The translations under genes and the position numbers were made by a program. DNA of 63,150 nucleotides from Candidatus Levyibacteriota bacterium (lineage in GTDB: Bacteria > Patescibacteriota > Microgenomatia > Levybacterales > UBA12049): positions 3,726 to 66,875 of the forward strand of contig JBBDZP010000053.1 of assembly GCA_040900105.1 (NCBI GenBank). The letters are read 5' to 3'. Shown piece after piece: positions 61,444-63,150 of the stretch. The notes under the pieces are model-generated. The model did not search any database, was not told the origin of the DNA, and was given only the letters and a program-made list of their open reading frames with translations. The stretch's first letter is position 1. The number at the start of each line of letters is the position of its first letter.

Positions 61444-63139
61444 ATTGTGTTTTTTTCTTAAATCGGATTATACCAACAATTATAGCTGCTAATCCAGCAA
61501 ATGAAATCAAATTTGCGATTTTTGCTGTGTTGCTTTCCTTAAATTTCATTTCCACCCGATGATTTCCGCTGGGCAAAGAAACGTCATATCCCTTACTCAC
61601 AATGCTTCCCTGTGGTACTCCGTCAACAGACAACTTCCAGGAAGGAAAATATGCTATATTGAAATGGATTTTAGTAGGCCGTGCTGCTTTTAAATTAAGA
61701 TCAATAACATGTGTTTTTTCTGTTCTGTTAATAATTTCAATGTCATTGGGGTTAAAAGTTACTCTTTCTCTTACGACATCGTCCTCATTTGTTGGTTTGG
61801 GAAAGTCTTTGGGCATATATTCATCTGAAATTTTTGATGTAAGCCACCTGAGAGTTTGCATATTTGTATAATCATCTGCAGCCTTACCCAGAATTGTCTG
61901 GGGAATAAAAAACTTAACATTTATAAGTAAGATTGCTACTATAATGGCTCCCGAAATTAAGCATTCCGTCCATTCATTCCTAACAGTTTTATGCATAACC
62001 CACAATAGTGATCCGGAGAGGATGGACGTAAAAAATGATGTCATGAGTAAAAATCTCCAGGGGAATTGAAAAAAGGCCATAAGGGAAATAGCGCTCCATA
62101 GGGGCTGCGAAAGAGGAAGCATAAGAAAGATCGAGAATAAGAGTCCGACTACACAAAACAGCATAATTACCACTTTCTCCTCTTTTCCTGAAATCTTTTT
62201 AAGAATTGAAAGTGCTATTATTGCGGCAGTCGCAAAAAGTGAAAGAATTATGTGTATTTTACCAATCATAAATGATGCCCCATCTATGCACCCCGGAGCA
62301 GAACCTCCAAACCCCCATTGACTCTGCCAGAGCTGGTAGACGCACACAAAATGGTCATTAAAATGAGCACCTCCTCCTATTTGAGACAGGATATTTGTAT
62401 ATCTTTGCTCCAAAAGCGCAGGAATAAAATAAAAGGCGGAAAGAGCAAGACCTAAAACAAAAGCGTACAGCGAATAGCGCATAGTGGACAGTTCCTTTTT
62501 TTTGACAGCGATATAACAATAGGACAATATAACAATTAGAATGAACGGCGTAACCATCATTGCTGTCAGATTATGTGAAAGTATTATCCCGGCATACCCA
62601 AGCGCTCCTACTACTATCCACTTGAAATTACCTTTTGTTTTGTAAACTTTGTAAAAACCAAGAAACGCAAGAGGTATAAATGCATATGCCCAAAACTCCG
62701 TGACATCTCCTCTTACATAAATGTCTACAGCGTGAAAAGGGGCATATACATAAAGCAGCGCCGAGACTATACCACCCAGCTTTCCCCAAAACTCCTTTGC
62801 CAGAAAATACATAAAAAGTCCGGACAGCAGAATGCCTAAGCCCATCATTATCTTAGTTGCCGCAAGCGCATCAAACCCTAAAAACTCAAAGGCCGAACCT
62901 ACATAATAAGCAAATGGTGCATAAAAACTAAAAATTGGATAACCGTAACCATATCCTAAATCTGCAACCCATCTCACGGGAAATATCCCATCTTTGAGCG
63001 ATTTTGTCATTTCGTATACCCTTGCAACCTGCGTGTCATCGTGAATGGGAAAAAACCCGGGAATAAAAAGAGGCTTAATGGCCCAATAGGATAAAAGAGT
63101 AACGACTGCTATTGGAACAATTATTTTAAAAAACTTCAT
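61427..63139 (-). CDS. PTPS-related/YfhO-like GT-C-type integral membrane protein (paralog 4 of 4)
   Basis: IHDDTQVARV, FPVRWVADLGYGYGYPIFSFYAPFAYY, APFHAVDIYVRGDVTE, FQFPWRF and YFPSWKLSVDGVPQ...LPSGNHRV plus a final TM. 17-nt overlap with the downstream GT2. Confidence 0.7.
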   Translation of the reverse strand: MKFFKIIVPIAVVTLLSYWAIKPLFIPGFFPIHDDTQVARVYEMTKSLKDGIFPVRWVADLGYGYGYPIFSFYAPFAYYVGSAFEFLGFDALAATKIMMGLGILLSGLFMYFLAKEFWGKLGGIVSALLYVYAPFHAVDIYVRGDVTEFWAYAFIPLAFLGFYKVYKTKGNFKWIVVGALGYAGIILSHNLTAMMVTPFILIVILSYCYIAVKKKELSTMRYSLYAFVLGLALSAFYFIPALLEQRYTNILSQIGGGAHFNDHFVCVYQLWQSQWGFGGSAPGCIDGASFMIGKIHIILSLFATAAIIALSILKKISGKEEKVVIMLFCVVGLLFSIFLMLPLSQPLWSAISLMAFFQFPWRFLLMTSFFTSILSGSLLWVMHKTVRNEWTECLISGAIIVAILLINVKFFIPQTILGKAADDYTNMQTLRWLTSKISDEYMPKDFPKPTNEDDVVRERVTFNPNDIEIINRTEKTHVIDLNLKAARPTKIHFNIAYFPSWKLSVDGVPQGSIVSKGYDVSLPSGNHRVEMKFKESNTAKIANLISFAGLAAIIVGIIRFKKKTQYGQGS

Positions 63140-63150
63140 GATTTTCTATA

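Noticed and set aside
1-63150. rRNA, tRNA or other structured RNA genes in intergenic gaps
   Set aside because: The few gaps are 15638..15734, 20191..20259, 25963..25992, 40156..40214 and 52972..53073. They are short and AT-rich and show no cloverleaf-compatible or rRNA-like sequence by eye. A covariance-model scan would be needed to exclude small ncRNAs.

Overview
This is an AT-rich, very gene-dense 63 kb window with about 55 CDS, mostly on the minus strand. Many neighbouring genes have 1-, 4- or 8-25-nt start/stop overlaps. I found no rRNA, tRNA, CRISPR, transposase, integrase or housekeeping genes. Nearly every gene relates to surface glycosylation.

Gene content, with families called from motifs read by eye:
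- 18 large polytopic membrane proteins with GT-C-like layout: 4 PTPS-related/YfhO-like paralogs, 2 YfhO-like, 4 GT39/PMT-like paralogs (three in tandem), 2 COG1807/ArnT-like, 2 DUF2029-like and 4 other DE-motif or PMT-like proteins.
- 11 GT2 enzymes, 5 of them the polyprenyl-phosphate-sugar-synthase type (DPM1/GtrB/CsbB/ArnC-like).
- 5 GT4 enzymes and 2 Wzx/MOP-type flippases.
- A nucleotide-sugar block: 4,6-dehydratase-like, Fcl-like, 2 DegT aminotransferases, a Gfo/Idh/MocA oxidoreductase, GalE, an RmlC-like cupin and extra SDRs.
- 5 SAM methyltransferases and a sulfatase-superfamily protein with a non-canonical active-site motif.
- Small secreted or membrane proteins (DUF5667-like, DUF5652-like).

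The gene content, compactness and small-protein families suggest a CPR/Patescibacteria-type genome. That is inference only.

Main observations:
1. The density of lipid-carrier-dependent, extracytoplasmic glycosyltransferase candidates is exceptional. They sit in repeated synthase/flippase/GT-C modules, and no priming phosphoglycosyltransferase is visible.
2. Tandem arrays of a related 7-nt unit (core RTATCAR on the coding strand) lie inside the coding sequence of four different glycosyltransferase genes. They are currently in frame but have a unit length not divisible by 3. They are candidate slipped-strand phase-variation or loop-expansion sites.
3. There is an apparent ancient duplication of a multi-gene module: COG1807-like, then DUF2029-like, then PTPS-related.

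All family assignments come from motifs read by eye. HMM and structure searches are needed to confirm them.
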